A DNA stretch of 45,125 nt, from IMG/VR virus record IMGVR_UViG_3300011443_000022, positions 1 through 45,125 of that record; one strand, 5' to 3'. The stretch is from a virus. Its lineage: Duplodnaviria; Caudoviricetes. The translations under genes were made by a program, and so were the position numbers. Positions 7,041-16,700 of this stretch are shown piece by piece. Positions within the stretch are counted from its first letter, which is position 1. The number at the start of each line of letters is the position of its first letter. Below the pieces are notes generated by a model. It ran no database searches, was not told where the DNA came from, and saw only the letters and a list, made by a program, of their open reading frames with translations.

Positions 7041-8546
7041 ATGCCTAGACTCGCAGAAGTTGAACTAGCCGAGAAAGCTACGGTAGATGCCGCAGCAATG
7101 TCGGGGCTGTATTTTAAGGATTACTGCGAGTTTGTCCACGGCTGGAAGATGCGAAAGCATCAGGAGCCGATGTTTACCGCACTACAACAGTTGGCAGATG
7201 GGACGCTGCTGGATGTGCATGGAAATCCGACGACGAAGTTAATGGTGTTGATGGCACCGGGGTTTGGAAAGACCGACACGCTGATTGAGTATAATGCGTG
7301 GACGATTGGGCGGAGTATTGAGAAGGGTGAGATACCGCAGCTTGGCTATGTATCCTACGCGGATGATGTAGCGACTCTGAGGAGTCTCGCCATTCGGAAC
7401 ACTATTGAGTTTAACGAGGCGTATAAGATGGTGTTTCCGTTTGCTACGCCGGATAAGAATATTAAATGGGCAAGCCACGAATGGTTTTTGGAGAGGTCTG
7501 ACCCATCGAAGAAAGACCCTACGTTGAGGGCGAGTGGGCTGACAGGGCAGATTTTGTCTTATCGCTTCCCTACGATGATTACTGTGGACGACCCGCACGA
7601 CCCGAAGAATGTTAAGACCCCGGCGCAGAGGGATGAGGTTTGGCGGATTTGGCGCACGACTATTCGTACACGAGCGTTTGAAGGTACGCCGATTGCGCTG
7701 GTCTGTACGAGATGGAGTGGGGATGATTTGGCAGGGCGGTTGATGGAGACAGAGGATGATTGGGCGATTGTGCATATCTCCGCGCTGGATACTAACGATA
7801 AGAGTATTTGGGAATTGGAGAAGGACACCGGCATGGGGCTGAGTACGAAGAAACTACATCAGCTTCGGAAGGAAGATAAGGATTCTTTTCTTACTCAGTA
7901 TATGGCGCTTCCACCGGGGACTGTCGGGGATATTTTTAAGTGGTGGACGTATGGGCCAAGGCCGACTATTCAAGAGGTTAAGCGGGTTGTACAGGCGTGG
8001 GATACGGGGTATACCGCCAAGAGCTATTCGAGTTATTCAGTAATGGTGGAAGGGTGGGAATTGAATAACGGGAGGACGTTTATAGCCAGAGTGTGGAGGG
8101 GGAAGTTAGAGTTCCCGATGCTGCTAGATAAGTTGACGGAGTTGTATTACGAGGCGGAGCAGCTTTGGGGGGATAGGCTGATGGTGATTGTGGAGAATAA
8201 GGCGAGCGGGCTTCCGCTAGTGTCTATGAGTGGGATAAATCGAATCAAGGCACAAGATGTACCTAGACACACTAGGGATGGTGCGCCGGGACAACAGATG
8301 GATTTGGTAGCAAGGGCGGCTACGGCTAGTAAATTCTTTGAAACCCGCCATGTGGTTATGCCGGACGAGTGGACGGCGTGGAAAGATGATTATATGGATG
8401 AGTTAAGGGAGTTCTCAGGGATGCGGAAGCCGCGATACGACGACCAAGTTAGCGCAACTTTATTGTTATTGGAGTACGTCTATCCTCCAAGGATTAAGGA
8501 TTACTCCTACCAAATGGGAGTAAAGTATAGTGGATGGAACTACTAA
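7041..8546 (+). CDS. terL: Terminase large subunit
   Basis: Walker A APGFGKT, Walker B ITVDDPH, CTRW coupling motif, nuclease motifs QAWDTG, IVENKASG and YDDQVSA. Confidence 0.95.
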   Translation: MPRLAEVELAEKATVDAAAMSGLYFKDYCEFVHGWKMRKHQEPMFTALQQLADGTLLDVHGNPTTKLMVLMAPGFGKTDTLIEYNAWTIGRSIEKGEIPQLGYVSYADDVATLRSLAIRNTIEFNEAYKMVFPFATPDKNIKWASHEWFLERSDPSKKDPTLRASGLTGQILSYRFPTMITVDDPHDPKNVKTPAQRDEVWRIWRTTIRTRAFEGTPIALVCTRWSGDDLAGRLMETEDDWAIVHISALDTNDKSIWELEKDTGMGLSTKKLHQLRKEDKDSFLTQYMALPPGTVGDIFKWWTYGPRPTIQEVKRVVQAWDTGYTAKSYSSYSVMVEGWELNNGRTFIARVWRGKLEFPMLLDKLTELYYEAEQLWGDRLMVIVENKASGLPLVSMSGINRIKAQDVPRHTRDGAPGQQMDLVARAATASKFFETRHVVMPDEWTAWKDDYMDELREFSGMRKPRYDDQVSATLLLLEYVYPPRIKDYSYQMGVKYSGWNY

Positions 8547-8898
8547 ATCTGGATGGACACTAGAGACGTTCAAAGAACACGTAGATGCATTACGTGCTGC
8601 GGATGAGAGGTTCTATAAGGAGCGCGATAGACGGTATTCCGAGGTAAGTGTCGAAAAAGAAAAAGCCTTGAAGATTAAGGAAACTGCCGACCTTGCTGCG
8701 CTTGGACTATCGCGGGATAGTCAGACGTACAAAGACGAGAAGGCGAATGAGCTAAGAGAGCAGATTAGTAGCGAGCGGGGAATTTACGCTACAAAAGAAC
8801 AAATGGATACGGCAATAACGGGATTGAGGAATCTGCTGTTCGGCACAGGGGCAGTTGTGATTGGTGCGTTAATTATTAATGTTATATTACGGCAATGA
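8530..8898 (+). CDS. Coiled-coil protein with C-terminal transmembrane helix (possible lysis-associated)
   Basis: Charged helical body plus LLFGTGAVVIGALIINVIL. Confidence 0.65.
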   Translation: MDGTTKSGWTLETFKEHVDALRAADERFYKERDRRYSEVSVEKEKALKIKETADLAALGLSRDSQTYKDEKANELREQISSERGIYATKEQMDTAITGLRNLLFGTGAVVIGALIINVILRQ

Positions 8899-9461
8899 GA
8901 TGGTTATTTCTTGGCGCGGCAATAGTTGTTTTAATAGGGATAGGGTTGGGATTACTAGTCGCTCCCAAGCAAAACGAGGTAGGAGTTCTTGATAATGAAG
9001 AGGAAGTATTCCTAGGGTTGATTAATAATTATAGGGCAGAGAATGGGCTAAATCCTTTAGTTCTAACCCCTTTACTGGAAGAGGCGGCACAGTGGATGAG
9101 TGAGGATATGAAGAAGAAGGAGTATTTCTCTCATACCGATTCACAGGGACGCGACCCGTTTCAGCGAATGAAGGCGTTTGGATATAACTTTAATACATGG
9201 AAGGGGGAGAATCTGGCTTATGGAGTGTTGACGGGAAAAGATGCGTTTGTATTGTGGAAGGAAAGTCCGGGGCATAATGCGAATATGTTAAATCCACAGT
9301 TTATTGTAATGGGTATAGGGAAGGAGGAGGAGTATTGGACTACGGATTTTGGTGGATATGTACCAGTAAGTAGCACATTTATTCCAACATCCCCACCTAC
9401 AGAAGTGCCTGTTATTACCGAAGTTCCTATCCCTGCAACCCCTATTTGTACCTGTGAATAA
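8895..9461 (+). CDS. Membrane-anchored CAP/SCP (YkwD-like) domain protein
   Basis: LINNYRAENGL, YFSHT, GENLA and WKESPGHNANML motifs; N-terminal TM helix; Pro/Thr tail. Confidence 0.92.
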   Translation: MRWLFLGAAIVVLIGIGLGLLVAPKQNEVGVLDNEEEVFLGLINNYRAENGLNPLVLTPLLEEAAQWMSEDMKKKEYFSHTDSQGRDPFQRMKAFGYNFNTWKGENLAYGVLTGKDAFVLWKESPGHNANMLNPQFIVMGIGKEEEYWTTDFGGYVPVSSTFIPTSPPTEVPVITEVPIPATPICTCE

Positions 9462-9472
9462 GGAGAAATCGT

Positions 9473-9571
9473 ATGTTTAATAATTGGATGGGCATTGTGG
9501 CAGTCGTAGTATTTGTTATCTTTGTCTTTTTCATTCTGGGTATTATCAATATTACCCCGATTTTTGAATGA
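9473..9571 (+). CDS. 32-aa single-TM peptide
   Basis: AAGGAG RBS; MFNNWMGIVAVVVFVIFVFFILGIINITPIFE; ATGA overlap with the next gene. Confidence 0.7.
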   Translation: MFNNWMGIVAVVVFVIFVFFILGIINITPIFE

Positions 9572-9795
9572 AGGAGGTATGGAGGAGGATAAAGAATTTC
9601 TGTTGGGGGCCGACTACTGGATTCCAATGGAATGATGCGCCTCCCGGTGAGACGCAGTTATTTCCTCCAATTTGGCCGCGCCCCTTTCACTGGTACGGCC
9701 CAGAGGATGCACCAGAACATTTTAATAAGCTAGGGATTATCGAGGTACAAGCGTGGCGGTGGATAGTCGGGCTGTACTACGTCGATAACAATTAG
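9568..9795 (+). CDS. Trp/Pro-rich hypothetical protein
   Basis: Translationally coupled ORF. Confidence 0.6.
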   Translation: MKEVWRRIKNFCWGPTTGFQWNDAPPGETQLFPPIWPRPFHWYGPEDAPEHFNKLGIIEVQAWRWIVGLYYVDNN

Positions 9796-9804
9796 GAGAG
9801 ACAG

Positions 9805-9999
9805 ATGGTAAATAACGCATTGAAGTTACTTAGAGGAGGAGTACGACCTGTTGTAACAATTGAAGTTGTGACGGCAGCAATTTATGCGTTTTTGTTTGAG
9901 GATACAGAAACGGCATTAGCGGTAGCCGCGTTTGCGGGGCCGGTATTCGGCTTCTGGTTCGCCTCTCGACAGGCACAAAGGGATAGTGGTAAGTCCTAA
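9805..9999 (+). CDS. Putative holin (2 TM)
   Basis: VRPVVT...GFWFASR pattern, two hydrophobic segments, basic C-terminus, AGGAG RBS. Confidence 0.6.
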   Translation: MVNNALKLLRGGVRPVVTIEVVTAAIYAFLFEDTETALAVAAFAGPVFGFWFASRQAQRDSGKS

Positions 10000-11870
10000 T
10001 GAAGTATACGGGGGAGCATACCATTCCCGATGCTCAGGATATTTGCGATGAGGCAGAGGAGCTAGAGGATGAGTTTAAGGAACAGCGGACAGAGGATGAG
10101 TTAGTTCGTAAGAGCCTTTCTCGGACTGACTTGGTTGATGTGCAGAAGCCGGACGAGGATGGCGGAGCGCATATCAAGAAGATTGTTAGTGGTTATAAGG
10201 CGCTGATTGTCGAGCAGGACTTTTCCTTCCTAACTACTCCCCCGTTTATGCGTATAAATCCTTTAACCCCTGAGCAGGAGACTCATGCGGAGATGCTTGA
10301 GACAGCGCTAGTTGGTATGTACCAGCTTAGCCAAGGACAGAGGGATGTGTGGTTGGAGCAGGTATATGACTTTGTGTGGGCGGGTAGAGGGTGGAGCGTA
10401 ATCTGTCCAGTGCCGGAAATGTGGAGTGAGGGATATAGTCCAAAGGAGGGAGAGGAGGGGAAGGCGTATTTAGATAGAATCGCGCAGCAGAAAGAGGACG
10501 ATTTTCCAATTATTTGGAAGAGTGTGCCAGTAGAGAATACGTGGCCGACTTACGATATGCGCGGGAACTTGAAGAAAGTTTTCGGTATTCGTAAGATGAA
10601 GGTAAGGGATATTCGGACGCATTACGGGGAGCATCTGTGTCCGGGGAGCGCTTCTCATGAAGAGAAGAAGGTTATCGAATATGCCGACCTGCACTGGATG
10701 TGTACCGTATTGGAGGATGCGGAGTATAAGGCAGAGATAATCCACGCATGGCATCACAATATGGGGGTTAATCCTCATATATTGGCAGAGGCTCCGCGTT
10801 CAGCCCCTGTAGCGGCGGGTGAAAGATGGCAAGGAGCGCTGTACCACACTAGGGAGTTGCTAACGGAATTAGATTCGCTGATTTCTGATATTCGTTATAA
10901 TATCAAACGGGCGATTCGGGCGCAGTTAGTAGCGCAACTTGACCTTGAAGGCAGGCGAGCGCAAGACTCATCTGGCAGAGGTAAGTCGGAGATACTGGAT
11001 ATTAAGCCGACTAAGACTATTACGATTGATAAAGATGAGAAGATTTATGAACTCGAACCCGCTAGGACCAACGTCGATGCTTATAGGTTGATTGAGATTA
11101 TTCAGGGGTTGACGAAGGAAGTCGCGGTCAGGAGCGTACTTCTGGGAATTTTGGGTAGTGGGGGGCAGGAGAGCGGTATTCTCTATAACACTGCCGCTCA
11201 GTTTGCCCAGAAGCAGTACGGCCCTGCGGTGTCACAACTTCAACGGGCGGCTGTAAGTGTGGGTCAGGGGTTCTTTGCTTCTGTTAGGGCGTTTTGTGAG
11301 GATGAGGATGATGAGATTCCGATTCTTTACTCCTCAGCCGATGGAGAGATAGTTAGAGTTAGTCTAAAGGCGAAGGATGTTGAGGGATGGGGAAGGGCGG
11401 CACTCCAAGCAAGGATTGACTTGGCGATTCCGATTAATGAGAGCGCGAATATTACTAACGCGAAGCTGGTAACAGACCCGAACAACCCGCTTATGTCTTA
11501 CACAACCGCAGCGGCTAGGTACTTGAGTATTGAGAACCCGCTAGAAGAATATAAACTTATTGTTAGGGATGAAATTCGTCGGGCGGTTAAGCCTATGATT
11601 GCTCAGGTGGTTAGTGAGAGTGGGTTGCACCTGTTGGCGGAGTCGGAGGGTCAGGATGAGGAGCTAGCGGGTATGTTCGCAGGACTGCCGGATACTGTTC
11701 AACAGGCTATTGCGGCACACGCGGCACAGACAGGCCAGCTAGTTCCACAAGGTGGGGCTGCGCTACAAGGCGGCATTAACCGAAGTGCGGCGAATCATAT
11801 GAAGGCGAATAGGTTCCAGAATACGAGTGCGGTAAGTGATCAGAGTTCTACTCCGCAGGGAGGTTATTAA
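9999..11870 (+). CDS. Portal protein
   Basis: Size, position after TerL, DFVWAGRGW segment, SG...TA motif, low-complexity C-tail typical of podoviral portals. Confidence 0.8.
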   Translation: MKYTGEHTIPDAQDICDEAEELEDEFKEQRTEDELVRKSLSRTDLVDVQKPDEDGGAHIKKIVSGYKALIVEQDFSFLTTPPFMRINPLTPEQETHAEMLETALVGMYQLSQGQRDVWLEQVYDFVWAGRGWSVICPVPEMWSEGYSPKEGEEGKAYLDRIAQQKEDDFPIIWKSVPVENTWPTYDMRGNLKKVFGIRKMKVRDIRTHYGEHLCPGSASHEEKKVIEYADLHWMCTVLEDAEYKAEIIHAWHHNMGVNPHILAEAPRSAPVAAGERWQGALYHTRELLTELDSLISDIRYNIKRAIRAQLVAQLDLEGRRAQDSSGRGKSEILDIKPTKTITIDKDEKIYELEPARTNVDAYRLIEIIQGLTKEVAVRSVLLGILGSGGQESGILYNTAAQFAQKQYGPAVSQLQRAAVSVGQGFFASVRAFCEDEDDEIPILYSSADGEIVRVSLKAKDVEGWGRAALQARIDLAIPINESANITNAKLVTDPNNPLMSYTTAAARYLSIENPLEEYKLIVRDEIRRAVKPMIAQVVSESGLHLLAESEGQDEELAGMFAGLPDTVQQAIAAHAAQTGQLVPQGGAALQGGINRSAANHMKANRFQNTSAVSDQSSTPQGGY

Positions 11871-12139
11871 TGCCTAGAGAGAAGGAAGATTTTACCAAGA
11901 TAATTGAGGAGATTGTGGCGGAGGAAAGTTCTCTGTTTAAGGATACTCTACAGGAGGAGTTGGCTAAGGTCAGGACGGTCGGTTCTGCGGAGGTCAGCAT
12001 GGAGGAACAGAAAGTAGAATGGGAATTGATGCAGGAACAACCGGAGGTTATGGCGAAGTTTTTCTCTGACCAGAATGCAAGTGTGGCTAGTGCGATTCGA
12101 TATGCGGATATGATGAGTAAGCAAGGAAAGGAGAAGTAG
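11870..12139 (+). CDS. Hypothetical helical protein
   Basis: TAATG-coupled to the portal. Confidence 0.75.
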   Translation: MPREKEDFTKIIEEIVAEESSLFKDTLQEELAKVRTVGSAEVSMEEQKVEWELMQEQPEVMAKFFSDQNASVASAIRYADMMSKQGKEK

Positions 12140-13720
12140 ATGCCAGCAGATGGACAGCAGCAGAAACATCCTGATGGAAGTATTTGGATTTATGATTCGG
12201 ATAAAAGGGGATATATAGGGCCGTACTGGTATTCTCCGACCGGACAGCTTGTATTCGGCCAGCAGCAAGCGGCTGCTCCTGCGGCTGACCCCTATGCTTC
12301 TTTCTATGGGGTTTATGGGATTGTTCCCGGCTCTCCCCAAGCACAGGTTATTCTTGATGCGATTAAGTTTGACGAGACGGATGGAGAGGGGATAGGCGCT
12401 GCGGCGATTTTTGACGCTTATGCTCAGGCATGGCAGACAGGCCCATATGCGCCTAAGCCGCCTACTGGTGGAAGTGGGCTAGCATATTCTTCTACTGCTG
12501 CTTCTCAAGCACAGGCAGAGGCGTTTGCTGCGGCAGAAGCAGAAAAGGCGCGGCAGTATCAGGCTGAGCAGGAGAGACTTCAGCGCGAATGGCAGATGGA
12601 GCAGGATAGGCTAGCGCGGGAGGAGCAGGCAAGGCAAGCACGTCTTGGCGTTCTTACCGATTTAATCACGAACTTCGCGTCTAATCAGCAGAAGAGTAGG
12701 GAGTTGCTCTTTCAACTCGGCCCTGACCCGTTCAAGTTCGCGGCAGGGTTTCAAGGAATGGCGAATCGCGGAACTACTCCACAGCAAGCCTTCTCCAATC
12801 AGCTAACAGAGTACTCTGGCCGTCCGCTTCCTACTGTAGACCCAAATGCGCCTAAGGAGTCTATCGACGCGGCGATTAACAAAATCGCACCGGGAGGGAT
12901 TATCCCCGGACTGCCCGTTCCCGCTGCTCAGTGGGGTTTGGCTAGTGGAGGGACTATTAAGAAGGATAATAAGGGTCAGCCGACGCGGGTAATGGTGGGG
13001 GAGAGAGGCCCGGAAATGCTAGAAGTCGATAAGGATAGCGTTAAAGTTATCCCGAATCACCAGCTTCCGATGATTAGTAGGCCGATGTACCATGCGGCAG
13101 AAGGAGGGGACTTTACCTTTGATGATGTCAGCATGGCACCGGCAGTCTCCGCTTTGTATCAGGGATTGGGGATGGGAGGGCAGGATATACCAAAGGTTAA
13201 TACCTTCGAGCATGGGTATACTCTGCCGAATAGTGGGTTGTATAAGACTCTAGGGATTCAACCATCGCTTATCCGCGACCACCAAACAGGTCAAGCATAT
13301 TGGAGAAACGCACAGGGTCAGCTACAGCCGATTACAAGTCAAGCTGAGTTTGACGCTGCGGGATTTGATTGGGCGGATTTTGCAAACGTCCCAACAAGTG
13401 GATTGAGCCAAATGGGGACAATTTCAAATACTATATTTGACGATGCGATGATGAAGGATATACCGCAGGGGCAGACAAACCCTCTCGGCCCTTACGGAAA
13501 TGTGTTAAATACTACAGCGGGTAAGTTCGCCCTACCTGCACCGATTAAGGTATTGTCGATTCTTCGCCAGATGGAGAGAGATAACCCGTTCTTCTTTAAC
13601 ATGTTGATGGGGGGGTATGAGGATGCAGGTTTCCCCGCTAATACAATCAAGGCGCAAATGGATGAGGGGGCGGTTCAGGGAGTTACGCAGAACACACGGA
13701 GATTGATTGGATTTAGGTAG
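12140..13720 (+). CDS. Probable internal virion/ejection protein
   Basis: Gln/Ala/Gly-rich, coiled coil, LASGG...PTRVMVGERGPE motif known from tape-measure/ejection proteins. Confidence 0.6.
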   Translation: MPADGQQQKHPDGSIWIYDSDKRGYIGPYWYSPTGQLVFGQQQAAAPAADPYASFYGVYGIVPGSPQAQVILDAIKFDETDGEGIGAAAIFDAYAQAWQTGPYAPKPPTGGSGLAYSSTAASQAQAEAFAAAEAEKARQYQAEQERLQREWQMEQDRLAREEQARQARLGVLTDLITNFASNQQKSRELLFQLGPDPFKFAAGFQGMANRGTTPQQAFSNQLTEYSGRPLPTVDPNAPKESIDAAINKIAPGGIIPGLPVPAAQWGLASGGTIKKDNKGQPTRVMVGERGPEMLEVDKDSVKVIPNHQLPMISRPMYHAAEGGDFTFDDVSMAPAVSALYQGLGMGGQDIPKVNTFEHGYTLPNSGLYKTLGIQPSLIRDHQTGQAYWRNAQGQLQPITSQAEFDAAGFDWADFANVPTSGLSQMGTISNTIFDDAMMKDIPQGQTNPLGPYGNVLNTTAGKFALPAPIKVLSILRQMERDNPFFFNMLMGGYEDAGFPANTIKAQMDEGAVQGVTQNTRRLIGFR

Positions 13721-16700
13721 TGCCGTATACACCGCTAAAGGTTAAACAGTCCTCTTCTTATAAAGACTTAGGGAAGTATCAAACGACGCGCCAGCGTATG
13801 CAGCGTCTTGGTATGCTACAGGCTCAGCCTAAGCCTAAGCCGAAAGAGAAGAAGCAAGGAGGAGGGGGTTTTTTAGGCACAGGGGTAGGGCCGAATGTTA
13901 GTTTAGGAGATGTTGGTGAGCGGATTGGTAATATTGATTTTGAGCAAGCTGCTCGTTCTTCTGTTGGATTATCTGAGGAGCGTGGAAATCGTCCCGGTGG
14001 TTCTCCACTTCTTCCCGGTCAGCCCTTTCGTCTAGGTGCCCCCTCCGAACTACAGGGGAGAAGCCCCGCCGAAGCACATCTACAGGAGAGTTTCCGCCCC
14101 TACATACCGGAGAGTGCTAATCCTTTATCTCGTATTCCCGGCCCATTAGGGGATGAGGCCGCTAAACTTACCTCTGGTATGACTTCGCCTGCGGCTATTG
14201 CAATGACATTAGCTGGTGGCACAGGCGTTCTTCCAGCACTTGGCGGATTTCGTCCTGCTGCTTATAGCGTAGGCGGGGGGATTTTAGGCGGCACAGCGGG
14301 TAAGTATGCAGAGAAGGCGGGAGTTGGTAAGTTCCGCATTCCCGGCCCTGTAGGTCTAGACGTAGGGCCAGCGGGAGTTGGAGAGCTATTAGGGGGATTT
14401 TATGCGGGGCCAAGAGGTATTCGCCCCAACCTTGGAACGAAAGAAGAGCAGATACTTGGGCTATGGAAGCAACGCCCTCCTAGCGAGTTAAAACCCACTC
14501 GTTATATTAACGTGCCCAAAAGCACAGAGGTTTTTCCCACAGAAGCTAATGACTTAGTTGATAGTTTGATGAGATATAAAGCGGGAACCGTCGATATGGA
14601 TATACGGGTGGCTCCTCCACGCCCCGATATGGGTAAACCGCAGGGGTATATTACAATTGATATACACTCTCGCGGGAAACCCTCTGCCGATAACATGGTT
14701 GAGGTATTACATATATCTAGGGAGTTAGCACAGGCAAATCCGGGTTATCGGATTAAAGCTAATGTGGTGAACGATAGGCTTATGGGGACGATGCGAAAGC
14801 TAGGATTAAAGGGGGTGGATGTGCCCTCGGCGCGTGACCCATCGAAGTCTATTGGGGCGAATTTTGATTTAAGCTTTGAAGATTTAGATGAAGTATATCA
14901 GCGATTGCCAAAAGATACACCCGGTATGGCGGGGCTTGTTGAAGGAGAGGATGCAGGTAGTGCGGCACAGAAGGCTAGAGAGGTATTAGACACAGCCGGA
15001 ACTTCTCATTGGAGTGCAGGACAGGTAACGTCTCGTGCTATGCGGCAGGGTACGAAGAGTTTAACTCAGGCCGAAAGAAGTACGTTGCTTAACGCCAATG
15101 CAGGAGATGCAGAAGCGACGGCAGCACTAGAGGCGTGGTTGGGAATATCAAAGGGTGGGGCGGGACGTGTTACGGACGAAGCGGCGCTACGCCGTGCGTT
15201 TGATAATGCTGCTAGCGCGGAACCCCCCACCCCTCGCGGCGTTATGCCAAGTAGAGAAGAACTTGTGGCAGCGTGGGAGGCAGCGGGATACCGCTTTACT
15301 CCTGAGACTGTACCAGATTACCTTCCCGGTGGAGCATTGGGCACACAGCCGGGGCTTCTCCCCGATCAACCCGCTCAGCCGGGGCTATCCCCCGGTACAA
15401 CCGGCGCGATCACCCCAACATCTCAACCTGAACTAATCCCCGGTATGGGCAGGCAAGGAGAGGCAGTAACTCCTCCTCTTTCTAATCCTCCTCCTCTATA
15501 CCCTACACATGGGGAGCAAGGTTACTTCCCCGGTATGGGAAGTTCTATGGAGTATCAGCCTAGATTCCCAGAAATGGAGCCTCCTCCCACTCCACCGCGT
15601 GAAGGGCCGTTTCCTCCCGGTAAAGAGGAAGCTAGAGGAGAGACTATTGGTTTAGGTCTTTACGACGAGCCTACCGAAGATGCTCTACGGGTTATGCAGA
15701 ATGCTATTGACGGAGAGCCGATTGGAGTTATGGGGCGGCGCACTATCGCTAAATACTTCGGTAAGGATGTGGCGGATAAGTTTAAGAAGGGTAGTGTGCT
15801 TGATGAGGTATTAGGCTTACTTAACCTTCCCCGCGCTTTCCTCGCAACAGGAGATGCAAGTGGTACGTACCGTCAAGCAGGACTTCTAAACATTGCTCAT
15901 CCTGAACTAGCGGCTAGAATGCTTAAAACCCAATGGCGTGCGTTGACCGAAGATGGGGCACTGGCAGTCGAACAGCGCATTGCTAAAGACCCCTACACGC
16001 AGAAGATGCTAGATAATGGCCTGCATCTTACGTCGTTCCGTCCGGGAGCAGCATTCGGCGGATTGCCTACAGAGAAATTACAGGAAGAATCATATCTACT
16101 TGGAGAGGGCGCAGCGGGAAGATTCGTCCGCAGTAAGCCTATCCTCCGCCAGTCTGAACGTGCCTATGTAACAGGCTTGAATGATGTACGGCACGGGTAT
16201 GTTAAGAACATTTTGAGTAAATGGGAGGAAGCAGGGGATGCTCGCTTCCACGACCCTAAAGCGTTAAAGTCTCTTATGACGTGGGCAAACCACGCTACAG
16301 GAAGAGGCTTGAGTAGTGTACAGCAGAATGCCGCACTCTCCTCAATGAATGCCGTGTTCTTCTCCCCGCGACTTCTCGCCAGCCGCGTACAAACATGGGC
16401 AGACTTAGTAACAGAACTTAATAAAGCCGCTCGCGGTCAGTCGAACATATCCCGTTATATTGCTGAGGATATGGCTAAGACCTATTCAGCGGGTATAGCG
16501 GCTTTGACGTTCCTCTCTGCAACCGGCGTAGCAAAAACCAACACCGACCCGCGTTCTACACAATTTGGTAAGGCTAAATTCGGCAGCATATCGGTCGATA
16601 TGTTTGGCGGAAGTACTCCGATGATGCGGTTAATCGCGTTGGGTGGGCCTGCTGCGTTGAAAAAAGGTACGGTACGAACGCAGGCCGGGGAACTTGTCGA

